A DNA stretch of 64,000 nucleotides from positions 3,866 to 67,865 of the forward strand of contig JAHCLG010000013.1 in assembly GCA_026125385.1 (NCBI GenBank). Reading direction: 5' to 3'. The DNA is from Legionellales bacterium (GTDB lineage: Bacteria; Pseudomonadota; Gammaproteobacteria; JAHCLG01). A program made the position numbers and the translations under genes. The notes under the pieces are model-generated. The model was given only the letters and a program-made list of their open reading frames with translations, made no database searches and was not told the origin of the DNA. Below, one piece after another: positions 1-10,961 of this stretch. Numbering within the stretch: position 1 is the stretch's first letter; each line of letters begins with the position of its first letter.

Positions 1-943
1 GGCGGTGGAATCTGTGCGCATGTAAGTGATTAAACCGACGGACCCTTCGCCGGTGTCAATTCCTTCATATAACTGTTGAGCCATCATCATCGTGCGTTTC
101 GCGGAAAATCCTAATTTACGCACCCCTTCTTGTTGTAATGTCGACGTAATAAAGGGTGCGGCTGGATTACGTTTGCGTTGTTTTTTTTCTACATTGGTAA
201 CGGTTAATTGGCCTTTGGCTAATTGTTCAATCTGCTGTTTAATTTGATGGGCTTGTTCAGTATTCGTTATGCTAAATTGTTCGATTTTTTTATGTTCGTA
301 TAAATTTAATTTAGCTAAAAATTCGGCCTGATCTTTATCGACGGCGGCTTGGAGTGTCCAATATTCTTCAGATTTAAATTGTTCTATTTCTTTTTCACGT
401 TCCACAATTAAACGTAATGCCGGACTTTGCACACGCCCTGCGGATAAACCACGGCGAATTTTTTTCCACAACAAGGGTGATAAATTAAATCCTACTAAAT
501 AATCTAACGCGCGCCGCGCTTGTTGGGCGTTGACTAGAGCCATAGAAATTTCGCGGGGATGTTCCACAGCGTGTTGAATGGCGGATTTAGTAATTTCGTG
601 AAAAACTACGCGCTTAACATTTTTGTCGTTTAAGGCTTTTTTTTCATTGAGTAATTCATAGACGTGCCAGGAAATGGCTTCTCCTTCACGATCCGGGTCG
701 GTAGCGAGATAGAGATTATCGACATTTTTAATCGCTTTGCGAATGGCATCGACATGTTTACTGTTACGATCGATGATTTGATATTTCATGGCGAAATCAT
801 GTGCCGTATCTACCGCACCTTCTTTGGGTAATAAATCGCGAACGTGACCGTAAGACGCCAAAACTTCAAAGTCTTTGCCTAAATATTTTTTAATGGTTTT
901 GGCTTTGGCGGGAGATTCCACCACCACTAATGATTTACTCATG
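1..943 (-). CDS. topA: DNA topoisomerase I, N-terminal part (partial; continues past window start)
   Basis: Manual minus-strand translation from the ATG at 943 reads MSKSLVVVESPAKAKTIKKYLGKDFEVLASYGHVRDL..., matching the TopA Toprim N-terminus. The conserved dprA-smg-topA order supports the call. Not in the ORF track because it runs off the window edge. Confidence 0.85.
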
Positions 944-945
944 TG

Positions 946-1428
946 TTAATGCAGTCCATTTTTTCGGTTATCTAAAACATAGTCTTCCATCCATGCCAGT
1001 TCCGCTTCTTGGCCTGGGAAATTAAACAGAACCATTAATATTACCCATTTTAAACGTGCGAGATCAATTTCATCACCATCCAAAGCCATCGCGCGGTCAA
1101 TCACTAATTCTCGCGTCGCGGAATTGAGTACGCCAATTTGCTCCAGAAATAAAATAAATCCCGTTCCTTCTACACCTAATTTATCGGTTTCATCGAATGA
1201 AAAAATCCGTAGGGCTGGGCGATAAGACGATTTTGTCCACGCTTCGCTTTTATTTTGTAGCTCAGACAAATCCTCCAACCAATGAAAGGCTTTATGGATC
1301 TCCGTTAAATTAAAACCTTCCGCTTCTAATTCTTGGATCAATTCATCGTGATCGCGATGAACTTCGCAATTATTGCTCATGTAATTTTCAAATAAATACA
1401 TTAACACATCTAACATGCTTTCTTTCAT
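946..1428 (-). CDS. smg: Smg protein (DUF494)
   Basis: 160 aa. Lies between dprA and topA as in many gammaproteobacteria. The N-terminus MKESMLDVLMYLFENY is typical of Smg. Confidence 0.8.
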   Translation of the reverse strand: MKESMLDVLMYLFENYMSNNCEVHRDHDELIQELEAEGFNLTEIHKAFHWLEDLSELQNKSEAWTKSSYRPALRIFSFDETDKLGVEGTGFILFLEQIGVLNSATRELVIDRAMALDGDEIDLARLKWVILMVLFNFPGQEAELAWMEDYVLDNRKNGLH

Positions 1429-1540
1429 GTGCTACCTAAGTTGTCGACTGCTAAATACGTTTAAATTGATTGGCTAATAAATTACTCCACTTACGCAGAG
1501 AAAGCTACCCCTAATTACGAAACGCCATTGACACCAAGAT

Positions 1541-2641
1541 TTAGCGAAGAATGCGCTCGTAACCGTGGGGGTTGGATTGAATCAATCCGTCTAATTCCAG
1601 CGATTGTAGTATTCTTACAACATTATCACTTTCAAGGCCGCTGTGCGCGACGATGTGATCAACGCTTAGGCTTTCATAGTGTAATAAATCCAAAATTTTT
1701 TGTTGTTGGGGGTCTTGCACAGTGATCAATTTTTCGTCCTCAATAGTGAGCGTGGTTTGTAATAACATACCGAGTTCAACTAATATATCGTTGATGTTAC
1801 TAACCAATTTAGCACCTTGACGAATTAATTCATGGCAGCCTTGGCTTAATGGATTATTAATCGAACCAGGAACGGCAAAGACTTCACGACCCTGTTCGTT
1901 GGCATAACGCGCGGTGATAAGCGAGCCGCTACGCAATGCTGCTTCTACGACCAACACGCCGACACACATGCCACTAATAATGCGATTACGGCGCGGAAAG
2001 TTTTCGGCACGTGGTGGTGTTTGTGGAGTGAATTCACTGATGAGCACTCCTTGTTCACGAATTTTCGCTGCGAGATTACGATTTTTTTCTGGAAAAATAT
2101 GATTTAAGCCGGTGCCCATGACGGCAATCGTGGGGTAGTGATGATTAATGGCTCCAAAATGACTAGCGGTATCAATCCCCGCTGCCAATCCGCTGGTGAT
2201 GATTAAACCTTGTTGGCTTAACTGTTTTGCAAAATTATGGGCAATGGAAATCCCGTGCTGACTGGGTTGGCGGCTGCCCACAATCGCGAGTTGCGGTTTG
2301 GTTAGGCATTCCACTAAACCTTGCGCATATAAAATTAAGGGTGCCGCATTAATTTGTTTGAGTAAAGGAGGATAATTGGGATCGGCAAATGCCACAAGAT
2401 GACTGTGTGTTTCTCGTGCCCAATTTAATGCTTCATCGACTTTCTGCCAATCGGGGCGTTGAATTTGGGCACGGATTGAAATGGGAATACCTAGTGCGGT
2501 TAACTCTGGATCGCGCAGAGTAAAAATTTGTTCGACGTTGTTATCAACAGCAGCCAATAATTTTTTGACCGTAGCAATGCCACAGCCAGGAATGTGATGT
2601 AGCGCTAACCAATAATCGAGGGATAGCCGGTTATTTTCCAT
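1541..2641 (-). CDS. dprA: DNA processing protein DprA (Smf)
   Basis: Rossmann-like DprA core with motifs such as GIDTASH and ALRSGSLITA. Start trimmed to the internal ATG at 2641 (METNRL...), which has a GAGGAA Shine-Dalgarno and avoids a 41-nt overlap with the upstream gene. Confidence 0.85.
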   Translation of the reverse strand: MENNRLSLDYWLALHHIPGCGIATVKKLLAAVDNNVEQIFTLRDPELTALGIPISIRAQIQRPDWQKVDEALNWARETHSHLVAFADPNYPPLLKQINAAPLILYAQGLVECLTKPQLAIVGSRQPSQHGISIAHNFAKQLSQQGLIITSGLAAGIDTASHFGAINHHYPTIAVMGTGLNHIFPEKNRNLAAKIREQGVLISEFTPQTPPRAENFPRRNRIISGMCVGVLVVEAALRSGSLITARYANEQGREVFAVPGSINNPLSQGCHELIRQGAKLVSNINDILVELGMLLQTTLTIEDEKLITVQDPQQQKILDLLHYESLSVDHIVAHSGLESDNVVRILQSLELDGLIQSNPHGYERILR

Positions 2642-2654
2642 AGTTTCCTCAATA

Positions 2655-3797
2655 TTATTTAATATAAACACCGTGTTTAAGGGTGTGATGATCATTATTC
2701 GTTAATTGCGGAGAATTCTGTTGTCCTTCATCTGGGTTGGTCGCTTTATCTCCAAGATGGATCGCAATATGAGCATTAAGAATTAACGCATAACTAACAT
2801 TATCGAATACCCGATAAACCATGGCTTGACCTGCGAGTTGATTCGGTAAGGTGACGCGCTTGTCTCGACGCTGCTGATTTACCGGATCCATAATGGTGCG
2901 CCCGCGCCGATAAATTTCCAACACATCGCCAATGCGCAGGCCTTGCAATTTTCCTTGATCCAACACGACAGAATTCCATTGCCCAATTTGGGTTATACCA
3001 TCACTCAATACCGCAATGATATCGGCATTAATAGGAATATTGGGGGCATGAGGCATGAAATTGGTGGTAAATTCATTTTCTTCGGCAGGGAATAAGCGAT
3101 CGCCAACTAATGCTTCACTGGTAGATTGTTTAATGACTAATGTGGCAATGTCGCCTGCCCGCACTAATTGTGCTTGGGCAATGTAACTGGCTTCATAACC
3201 CAAGGGAGTTTTGGTTTTCAAATTTTTATATTCTTTCCCTGGCCGATAAATAGTGAACATTTTGGTGCGTTGAGAAGGGATTGAACGCACATAAATTTCA
3301 CTATTGGCACCGCCTGCCACATGTTCACCCACAAATGAAATAATATAAGGTGCTTTCAGTAATTCGCGTTTGGACATGACGCGACTTTTCGATAAAAACG
3401 ATAAAATATCTTCAACGGGAATGGTTGGGATGGGATGTTCGAGCGGCATCACGCGGGTCTGGGGCGTGAGTTTAATGGTGCCTTTAGTGCTTACCAAACT
3501 CATTAACGGTTTGCCATTTTGGAGATGCAACTCTAAGACATCGCCTGGATATAATTCGGTGGGATAAGTAATTTGTGGGTTATTTTGCCAAATTAACGGC
3601 CATTGCCAGGGATATTTTAAAAATTTCGAGGAGATCGACCATAAGGTATCCCCAGGTTTAACGGTGTAATGATTGGGATGTCCTTGGCGTAATTCAACGT
3701 TTGCATAACCCCATATTGGCAATAATAAGACGATGTTTAGTAGTAACACTCGCAATTTCATGATACCCATCCTTAGTGCTAAAGTATAAGTCATCAA
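2655..3797 (-). CDS. LysM-domain secreted protein
   Basis: N-terminal signal peptide. LysM-like motifs YTVKPGDTLWSIS and LRIGDVLEI. Conserved position upstream of dprA. Confidence 0.65.
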   Translation of the reverse strand: MMTYTLALRMGIMKLRVLLLNIVLLLPIWGYANVELRQGHPNHYTVKPGDTLWSISSKFLKYPWQWPLIWQNNPQITYPTELYPGDVLELHLQNGKPLMSLVSTKGTIKLTPQTRVMPLEHPIPTIPVEDILSFLSKSRVMSKRELLKAPYIISFVGEHVAGGANSEIYVRSIPSQRTKMFTIYRPGKEYKNLKTKTPLGYEASYIAQAQLVRAGDIATLVIKQSTSEALVGDRLFPAEENEFTTNFMPHAPNIPINADIIAVLSDGITQIGQWNSVVLDQGKLQGLRIGDVLEIYRRGRTIMDPVNQQRRDKRVTLPNQLAGQAMVYRVFDNVSYALILNAHIAIHLGDKATNPDEGQQNSPQLTNNDHHTLKHGVYIK

Positions 3798-3990
3798 GTG
3801 TAGCGAAATTTTTGGTGAGTTGTCATCTAGAGAAAGTTGGTATGATGCATTCTATTTGTCAGAACGTCCGATGTGTAATAGCATGCAAAGAAATATCGTG
3901 AGCGCAGTGCAACGGTATTTAACCCGCTAGGATGTTGCTTCTGCGAAACCGTTCGCAGGCAAAGTGAAAATTTAAATTGAGGTTTTATCG

Positions 3991-5658
3991 ATGGCTACTA
4001 CCACGGATCATCATCGTCAAATTCATGCGCCCACTGGAACACGCTTAACGGCAAAAAGTTGGCTCACCGAAGCACCACTCCGAATGTTAATGAATAATCT
4101 TGACCCGAGTGTGGCGGAAAAACCTGAAGAGTTAATTGTCTATGGTGGACTTGGGCGAGCAGCGCGCAATTGGGCATGCTTCGATAAAATCGTCGAAACG
4201 TTAACTCGTTTAAATGACGATGAAACCTTATTAATTCAATCAGGCAAACCGGTGGGGGTATTTAAAACCCATGAAGATGCGCCGCGAGTGTTAATTGCAA
4301 ATTCTAATTTAGTGCCACATTGGGCCACCTGGGATCATTTTCATGAATTAGATCGAAAAGGTTTAATGATGTTTGGGCAAATGACGGCGGGTTCGTGGAT
4401 TTATATTGGCAGCCAAGGCATCATCCAAGGAACCTACGAAACCTTTGTCGAAGCCGCGCGCCAGCATTATCAGGGTAATTTACAAGGCAAATGGATTTTA
4501 ACTGCCGGATTAGGCGGCATGGGGGGCGCGCAACCTTTAGCAGCAACCCTGGCCGGAGCCAGTATTTTAGCGGTAGAGTGTGATCCCGCACGAATTCAAA
4601 AGCGTTTAGAGACGCGCTATGTCGATATTAAAACCACGCAATTAGACGAAGCACTGGCGCGAATTAACCAAGCTTGTGCCAAAGGGCAAGCAATTTCAGT
4701 GGCACTGTTAGGGAATGCTGCAGAAATTTATCCAGAATTAATTCGCCGCGGCATTAAACCCGACATGGTCACCGATCAAACCAGTGCGCATGATCCCTTA
4801 AACGGTTATTTGCCGCGTGGATGGTCATTAGAACAAGCCCAACATTTACGCCAAAGCGATCCACACAAAGTGATTAAACAAGCGAAAGAATCGATGGCTG
4901 TGCAAGTGCAGGCGATGTTAAATTTTCAAGAGCAAGGCATTCCAGTATTTGATTACGGTAATAATATACGACAAATGGCCTTAGAAGTTGGGGTGAAAAA
5001 TGCCTTTGATTTTCCAGGTTTTGTGCCGGCGTATATTCGTCCGTTATTTTGTCGTGGTATTGGACCTTTTCGCTGGGTAGCGTTATCGGGCGATCCAGAG
5101 GATATTTATAAAACTGATCGAAAAGTCAAAGAATTAATTCCTAACGATCCGCATTTACATCATTGGTTAGATATGGCCGCTCAAAAAATTCAATTTCAAG
5201 GATTGCCGGCACGGATCTGTTGGGTAGGTTTGGGCGATCGTCAGCGTTTAGGTTTAGCCTTTAATGAGATGGTGGCAAACGGTGAATTAAGTGCACCGAT
5301 TGTAATTGGACGCGATCATTTGGATTCAGGATCGGTCGCTAGTCCTAATCGCGAAACGGAAAATATGTTAGATGGTTCGGATGCTGTTTCCGATTGGCCG
5401 TTATTAAATGCGATGTTAACTATCGCCAGTGGCGCGACGTGGGTCAGCCTTCATCATGGGGGCGGCGTTGGCATGGGATATTCTCAACATTCAGGCATGG
5501 TGATTGTGTGTGATGGTAGTGCAAAAGCGGCTGATCGTATCGAACGTGTGCTGTTTAATGATCCAGCAACGGGGGTCATGCGCCATGCGGATGCGGGTTA
5601 TGAGATTGCCAAAGACTGTGCGCGCCAACAACAGCTTGATTTACCGATGCTGGAGTAA
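3991..5658 (+). CDS. hutU: urocanate hydratase
   Basis: 555 aa. Shows urocanase family hallmarks (the NAD-binding [12 protein letters not shown] region and typical length). Confidence 0.85.
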   Translation: MATTTDHHRQIHAPTGTRLTAKSWLTEAPLRMLMNNLDPSVAEKPEELIVYGGLGRAARNWACFDKIVETLTRLNDDETLLIQSGKPVGVFKTHEDAPRVLIANSNLVPHWATWDHFHELDRKGLMMFGQMTAGSWIYIGSQGIIQGTYETFVEAARQHYQGNLQGKWILTAGLGGMGGAQPLAATLAGASILAVECDPARIQKRLETRYVDIKTTQLDEALARINQACAKGQAISVALLGNAAEIYPELIRRGIKPDMVTDQTSAHDPLNGYLPRGWSLEQAQHLRQSDPHKVIKQAKESMAVQVQAMLNFQEQGIPVFDYGNNIRQMALEVGVKNAFDFPGFVPAYIRPLFCRGIGPFRWVALSGDPEDIYKTDRKVKELIPNDPHLHHWLDMAAQKIQFQGLPARICWVGLGDRQRLGLAFNEMVANGELSAPIVIGRDHLDSGSVASPNRETENMLDGSDAVSDWPLLNAMLTIASGATWVSLHHGGGVGMGYSQHSGMVIVCDGSAKAADRIERVLFNDPATGVMRHADAGYEIAKDCARQQQLDLPMLE

Positions 5659-5739
5659 TTGCTTAAGCAATATAGTTACCAATTATTTCGCGAAAATAGC
5701 GGCAAAGCGAATTATAAAATAAGCAGCGAATAATTTGCG

Positions 5740-6525
5740 TTATTGCATATGCCAACCATGCGACACAATAAGCGATTGACCGGTTAAGGCATTGGTTTCA
5801 AAGCCTGCCAAAAATAATGCCGTTTCGGCGACATCATCCACCGTGGTAAATTCGCCATCTACGGTATTCCCTAACATCACTTTTTTGATGACGTCTTCTT
5901 CAGAAATATGCAAAGTACGCGCTTGTTCTGGAATTTGCTTTTCCACCAAAGGCGTTTTTACAAACCCTGGGGCAATTAAATTGGCACGAATATTATAAGG
6001 CGCACCTTCTTTAGCAATAGCTCGTGTTAAACCCATTAATCCATGTTTAGCGGTAACATAGGCGCATTTTTCTTTGGAGGCTTCTACGGAATGCACTGAT
6101 CCCGTAAAAATAATCGAACCACCACCGGTTTTGCGCATGCTATTCATGCAAGCTTGCGCTGTTAAAAATCCGCCATCTAAATGAATGCTTAATAATTTTT
6201 TCCAATCGGCAAATTTAAAATCAAAAATCGATGAAATAATTTGGATACCGGCATTGCTGATTAAGCAATCGATTTTTCCAAATTTTTCTACTGCCGCATT
6301 TACACCGGCATTAACTTCATCGTATGAAGTCACATCCATTTTGACACCTAATGCTTCTTTATCGAAACGTTGAGTAATCTCAGTGGCTGTGGCTTGTGAA
6401 TGAGTTAAATCAATATCAGCGATAACAACATTGGCACCATTCTCGGCAAATTTTTCTGCCATTGCCTTACCAATTCCGCTGGCGGCTCCCGTAATTAATG
6501 CGACTTTACCTGCTAATTTATTCAT
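5740..6525 (-). CDS. bdhA: 3-hydroxybutyrate dehydrogenase (SDR family)
   Basis: 261 aa SDR. Has the TGAASGIG cofactor motif and an NAG...Y/K active-site pattern. It is adjacent to a patatin-like gene, as in the Legionella bdhA-patD operon. Confidence 0.65.
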   Translation of the reverse strand: MNKLAGKVALITGAASGIGKAMAEKFAENGANVVIADIDLTHSQATATEITQRFDKEALGVKMDVTSYDEVNAGVNAAVEKFGKIDCLISNAGIQIISSIFDFKFADWKKLLSIHLDGGFLTAQACMNSMRKTGGGSIIFTGSVHSVEASKEKCAYVTAKHGLMGLTRAIAKEGAPYNIRANLIAPGFVKTPLVEKQIPEQARTLHISEEDVIKKVMLGNTVDGEFTTVDDVAETALFLAGFETNALTGQSLIVSHGWHMQ

Positions 6526-6539
6526 AATTTACCTCGTGG

Positions 6540-7718
6540 TTAAAGTGTGGTTAAAATTAATTCGTCTTCTTCCTGGGTGAAAATAATTCGTTCGTTACTT
6601 TGAATTTGCTCAAGCCACTTGGTTCTTCCTGCTTGCAATAGACGACAAGCATGTTGAAAACCATCTTCAATTCGCCGTTGAATCGACGTCGTAGAAAATT
6701 CATAATCTTTGCTATGCAATTCTTTCCCGGTGGGCGAATGATAAATAATATGAGCGATATGCAAGTGACCGACGAAACCTAAATTTAAAATATTTTGCAC
6801 TTGTTCTGATTTTAATTGTTCTTTCGTTAATAATTTTCCTAATTCTGAAATGGCTTTGCGTAAATTATATTGCGTCATATGCAATTGGGTTTGTCGTTTG
6901 GAGCGGCTAGAATAATGAATATCTTTTTCTCGTTCTAAAATACCGTCTAAACTATGGGGTAAAACGCCTTTTGCAGAAAAATTATCAATCAGTATACACA
7001 GCGTACTTTCATCGCCTAATTCCGGTAGCACGACACATAAAGGAGAATTAGCGTAGACACCGCCATCCCAATAATAATCATCGCCAATTTTTACCGCAGG
7101 AAAAGCCGGCGGTAATGCGCAACTTGCTAAGATATGATCGACGGTTAGAGTTTGTTTTGTGTTATCGAAATAAACAATGGCTCCTTCACTCACATTAACA
7201 GCACCCAAACTTAAGCGCACATGATGTTGGTTTAAATAATTAAAATCGACGAGCTCTTCAATCGATTTTCTGAGTTCACTGGTATCATAAAAACTAATTT
7301 GATCAGGCGGTGCATTGTGAATAAACCAAGGATTAATAAAATTCGGTTTGCAAAAATTGGGGATACCATAAAGCAACGCAAGCTGAGCACTCATGGAACC
7401 ATGGATTTTGGCCTGATTAACAGTATTAAATAACGACCATAGTCCGGTGTCGATGGCGACATTTTTCCAAAATGCTGCGAGCTTAGCAACGCGATTTTCA
7501 GGGGGATTGCCCGCAATAATTGCCGCATTGATAGCACCAATGGAAATTCCGCAGATCCACGTGGGTCGATAGTTGGCTTGATATAATGCTTGATAAGCGC
7601 CAAATTGAAATGCGCCCAATGCCCCTCCGCCTTGCAATACATAGACTAGATGATCATAACCATCTTTATGTTGTGGGTTGTGTTTAGCCACTTCTTTGCA
7701 GATCTCGTGCTGTAACAT
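6540..7718 (-). CDS. patatin-like phospholipase
   Basis: Glycine-rich GGGALGAFQFG motif, the GISIG serine lipase motif, and a D-G-G catalytic Asp motif (WDGGVYANSP). Confidence 0.75.
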   Translation of the reverse strand: MLQHEICKEVAKHNPQHKDGYDHLVYVLQGGGALGAFQFGAYQALYQANYRPTWICGISIGAINAAIIAGNPPENRVAKLAAFWKNVAIDTGLWSLFNTVNQAKIHGSMSAQLALLYGIPNFCKPNFINPWFIHNAPPDQISFYDTSELRKSIEELVDFNYLNQHHVRLSLGAVNVSEGAIVYFDNTKQTLTVDHILASCALPPAFPAVKIGDDYYWDGGVYANSPLCVVLPELGDESTLCILIDNFSAKGVLPHSLDGILEREKDIHYSSRSKRQTQLHMTQYNLRKAISELGKLLTKEQLKSEQVQNILNLGFVGHLHIAHIIYHSPTGKELHSKDYEFSTTSIQRRIEDGFQHACRLLQAGRTKWLEQIQSNERIIFTQEEDELILTTL

Positions 7719-7849
7719 GTCAATCCTTTTGATACACTGGCAAGATTTATAATCGTAGCGCGCTTTTAATAAAATTCCTATAATTTAATTTTACAGAAGT
7801 TACGTACTTGTGCGAAACTTCTGTAAAATTAATTGTTAAGGAATCGTGT

Positions 7850-8581
7850 ATGGATAGTTATTTTCAAATGCCCGTGGATCGATTTAACAAGAGTTATCCG
7901 GCAGGCCCTTATCGTTTTATTAATCGGGAATTTTTTATTATTAGTTATCGAACCGATCGTAAAAAATTAGAAGAATTTGTTCCCGAACCGTTAAAAGTAA
8001 CCGATGATATTATTAATTTCGAATTTATTCGTATGCCAGATTCGACGGGATTTGGAGATTACACGGAATCAGGTCAAGTGATCCCTGTTGAATATCAAGG
8101 AAAACCCGCTAATTTTACCATTTCTATGTTTTTAGATTGTTACGCGCCGATTGCGGGTGGGCGAGAAATTTGGGGATTCCCTAAAAAATTAGCTAAACCC
8201 ATTTTAGAGGTGGAGCACGATACCTTGGTGGGTACATTAGATTATGGTCGTGTGCGCATTGCTACAGCGACCATGGGTTATAAATACAAAACACTAGACA
8301 CGACTCCTATTTTACACAGTTTGCAAAAGCCTAATTTTTTAATTAAAACCATTCCAGATGTCACGGGTAAACCACAAATTTGTCAATTGATTAAATATTC
8401 TTTAGAAGATATTCAGGTAAAAGGAGCGTGGACTGGGCCTTGTTCTTTAGAATTACATCCGCATGCCTTAGCGAATATTAGCTATTTTGAAGTAAAAGAA
8501 ATTATTTCAGCCGTGCACTTGCTAACCGATTTAACGTTACCTTATGGAACGGTAGAAAAAGATTATTTGCTCGAAAGTTAA
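7850..8581 (+). CDS. adc: acetoacetate decarboxylase family protein
   Basis: ADC-family motifs YPAGPYRFINREFFIISYRTD and EFVPEPL. Start moved to the internal Met (MDSYFQ...), giving the typical length of about 243 aa. Confidence 0.7.
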   Translation: MDSYFQMPVDRFNKSYPAGPYRFINREFFIISYRTDRKKLEEFVPEPLKVTDDIINFEFIRMPDSTGFGDYTESGQVIPVEYQGKPANFTISMFLDCYAPIAGGREIWGFPKKLAKPILEVEHDTLVGTLDYGRVRIATATMGYKYKTLDTTPILHSLQKPNFLIKTIPDVTGKPQICQLIKYSLEDIQVKGAWTGPCSLELHPHALANISYFEVKEIISAVHLLTDLTLPYGTVEKDYLLES

Positions 8582-8640
8582 GATATACAATTAACGCTCA
8601 AATTTTAGGCTTAGTCAGCGAGTTAAAGCAGCGGAGAGGT

Positions 8641-8709
8641 GTATTCAGTATACTCTTTTTCGTAGCTTTAACTCGGTGCCTTACTTATAATCCAAGCGCT
8701 TTGAGTATG
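8641..8709. repeat. copy of the dispersed 60-70 bp repeat (GTATTCAGTATAC...CTTTAACTCGGTGCC...AATCCAAGCGCTTTGAGTATG)
   Basis: Aligns with the copies at 48380-48449 and 41408-41466. Sits in the convergent gap between adc and prlC. Confidence 0.5.
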
Positions 8710-8722
8710 CTGCTCGACTATT

Positions 8723-10777
8723 TTAGTTTTGATCAGCAGGTTGAATGTTATAAGCTTTTAACAGGGCAGAAATTTCGGGTTTGCGTCCACGGAAACGCAT
8801 AAATAACGCTTCGGGAGATTCCGCACCACCGCGCTCTAAAATACAGTGGAGAAACTCACGTCCTGTCTGCGGATTTAATACACCCTCTTCAATGAATTTA
8901 GCAAATCCATCTTCAGCCATTACTTCGGCCCATAAATAACTGTAATAGCCAGCCGCATAGCCACCGGCAAAAATATGTGAAAAACTATTTTGAAAACGAT
9001 TAAAGTCCGGCGCTTGCACCACGGCAATTTGTTTGCGTACTTCATTTAAAATCGTTTGAATTTGCTGCGGAGTATTAGGATTAAATTCCATATGTAAACG
9101 AAAATCAAATAGACCAAATTCTAATTGTCTCACTAATTTCATCGCTGCTTGGAAATTTTTTGCATTTAACATTTTTTGATGCAAATTATCAGGAATTTTT
9201 TCTTGGGTTTGAAAATGGCCGCTGATTAAATCCAAAGTTTCACGTTGCCAACAAAAGTTTTCCATAAATTGACTGGGAAATTCCACCGCATCCCAAGGCA
9301 CACCATTAATTCCTGCAATATCCGCATAATTAACTTGGGTTAAGAGATGATGCAAGGTGTGGCCAAACTCGTGAAATAAGGTGGTCACTTCATCGTGAGT
9401 GAATAAAGCAGGTTGATTGCCAACCGGCGCGCTAAAATTACACGTTAAAAATGCCACAGGATGATGTAATTGATGATGTTCATCCAGATGACGGGTGCGA
9501 CAGTCATCCATCCACGCACCACCTCGTTTGTGGGCACGGGCATATAGATCTAAATAAAAACTTCCGCGTTTTTCACCGCTTTCGTCAACGATATCATAAA
9601 ATTTAACTTGTTGATGCCAAGTTTCAACCTGTTTATTTTCAGTAACGGTCATGCCAAAAATTTGGTGGATAATGGTAAACATGCCATTTAAAACCCGATC
9701 TTCAGGAAAGTAAGGTCGTAAGTCTTCTTGAGAAATATCATAGCGCTGTTGGCGTAATTTTTCCGCGTAATAGGCAACATCCCATGCTAATAATTCGGTG
9801 TGAGCGAATTGTTTGCGAGCAAATTCTTGTAGTTCTGCATATTCTGCATGTGCTGTCGGTTTGGCTTGCTGAGCGAGTGAATTTAAAAAATCCAAGACTT
9901 CTTGCGGTTTTTTTACCATTTTCGTGGCAAGTGAGCGTTCCGCGTAATTTTTAAATCCTAGTAACTGAGCTAATTGCAATTTTAACGATAAAATTTCGAA
10001 CATGATTTTATCGTTATTGTATTTTTTATCGTGCATACCTTGATCGGAGGCGCGAGTATTATAAGCGGTATAAAATAATTGACGTAACTCACGATCGTCT
10101 GCGTAAGTCATCACGGCAAAATAGATTGGAATTTCTAATTTTAGTAACCAGCCAGTAAGATTTTGCTGTTTAGCTTCTTCCTCTGTCAGCGCTTGGATAT
10201 GTGGAGGAAGTCCTGCAATTTTTTTAGGATCTTCGGTGTAAAACGACCAGGCATCGCTACATTTTAAAATATTTTGTTCAAATTCATTAGCCAGCGTTGA
10301 TAATTTTTGTGAAATTTCGGCAAATTGTTGTTTTGCTTCTGGTGCTAGATCGACTCCCGCTAAATGAAAATTTTTTATACTATCACTTAATAACTTTTTT
10401 TGATCGGCATTTAAATTAGGATCTTCATTGACGTTTTTTATGGCTTTAAATAATGCTTCATTTTGACCAACTTCGGTCATGTAGGCCGAAATTTTTGGTA
10501 GACATTGACTATAAACTTCATTTAATGCTTCGCTATTAAGTACCGAATTTAAATGAGCAACAGGTGAAAACATATCGTTTAATCGTGTATCGAGCATTTC
10601 GAGACGATGAATAGTATTTTCCCAATTGAATGTCGACTGGTTTAAGAGTTGTTGGATGGCTTGACGATTATTTTCCAAAATCGTATCCAACGCCACTTCC
10701 ACATGCTGTGGATCAATTTCTTTAAAAGCCGGTAAGGTATCATTACGTAATAAAGGGTTAGTCATAGCCTGCCTCAA
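8723..10777 (-). CDS. prlC: oligopeptidase A (M3 zinc metallopeptidase)
   Basis: 684 aa. HEFGHTLHH zinc motif and M3 family length. Confidence 0.9.
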   Translation of the reverse strand: MRQAMTNPLLRNDTLPAFKEIDPQHVEVALDTILENNRQAIQQLLNQSTFNWENTIHRLEMLDTRLNDMFSPVAHLNSVLNSEALNEVYSQCLPKISAYMTEVGQNEALFKAIKNVNEDPNLNADQKKLLSDSIKNFHLAGVDLAPEAKQQFAEISQKLSTLANEFEQNILKCSDAWSFYTEDPKKIAGLPPHIQALTEEEAKQQNLTGWLLKLEIPIYFAVMTYADDRELRQLFYTAYNTRASDQGMHDKKYNNDKIMFEILSLKLQLAQLLGFKNYAERSLATKMVKKPQEVLDFLNSLAQQAKPTAHAEYAELQEFARKQFAHTELLAWDVAYYAEKLRQQRYDISQEDLRPYFPEDRVLNGMFTIIHQIFGMTVTENKQVETWHQQVKFYDIVDESGEKRGSFYLDLYARAHKRGGAWMDDCRTRHLDEHHQLHHPVAFLTCNFSAPVGNQPALFTHDEVTTLFHEFGHTLHHLLTQVNYADIAGINGVPWDAVEFPSQFMENFCWQRETLDLISGHFQTQEKIPDNLHQKMLNAKNFQAAMKLVRQLEFGLFDFRLHMEFNPNTPQQIQTILNEVRKQIAVVQAPDFNRFQNSFSHIFAGGYAAGYYSYLWAEVMAEDGFAKFIEEGVLNPQTGREFLHCILERGGAESPEALFMRFRGRKPEISALLKAYNIQPADQN

Positions 10778-10961
10778 TCGTTAAACGGTCAAAGCTTAAG
10801 GATAATCAAATTCTTAGGTCAAAGGCAATTTTTCTTGGATAAATAGTATCCCAACGTCTAGCTTGCCGTAGGGTAAATTTCCTGTCAGTATTTTTATACT
10901 GCATTTTCGTTATAAAAAGGTATAATTGCCCTTCTGTGAAATAGATAATAAGGTATCGGGT

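Noticed and set aside
1528-1725. Short opposite-strand or alternate-frame ORFs nested within strong genes (such as 1528-1725, 1914-2102, 3370-3567, 5504-5722, 5792-5998, 6185-6373, 7391-7642, 13368-13883, 18266-18726, 21634-21879, 22715-23131, 23768-24186, 27121-27348, 31684-31941, 32782-32988, 33251-34906, 36958-37470, 41727-42324, 48483-48833, 56441-56794, 57040-57276, 58220-58531, 59520-60461, 61634-61834 and others)
   Set aside because: They lie entirely inside or antisense to well-supported conserved CDSs. They have biased, low-complexity translations and no RBS. They are typical six-frame noise in AT-rich DNA.
10926-10961. Longer start (MPFCEIDNKVSG) for the 747-aa ORF, and 10806-11012 minus-strand ORF
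   Set aside because: The upstream extension has no SD and overlaps a TATAAT promoter-like element. MAILKN with an AAGG SD is more plausible.
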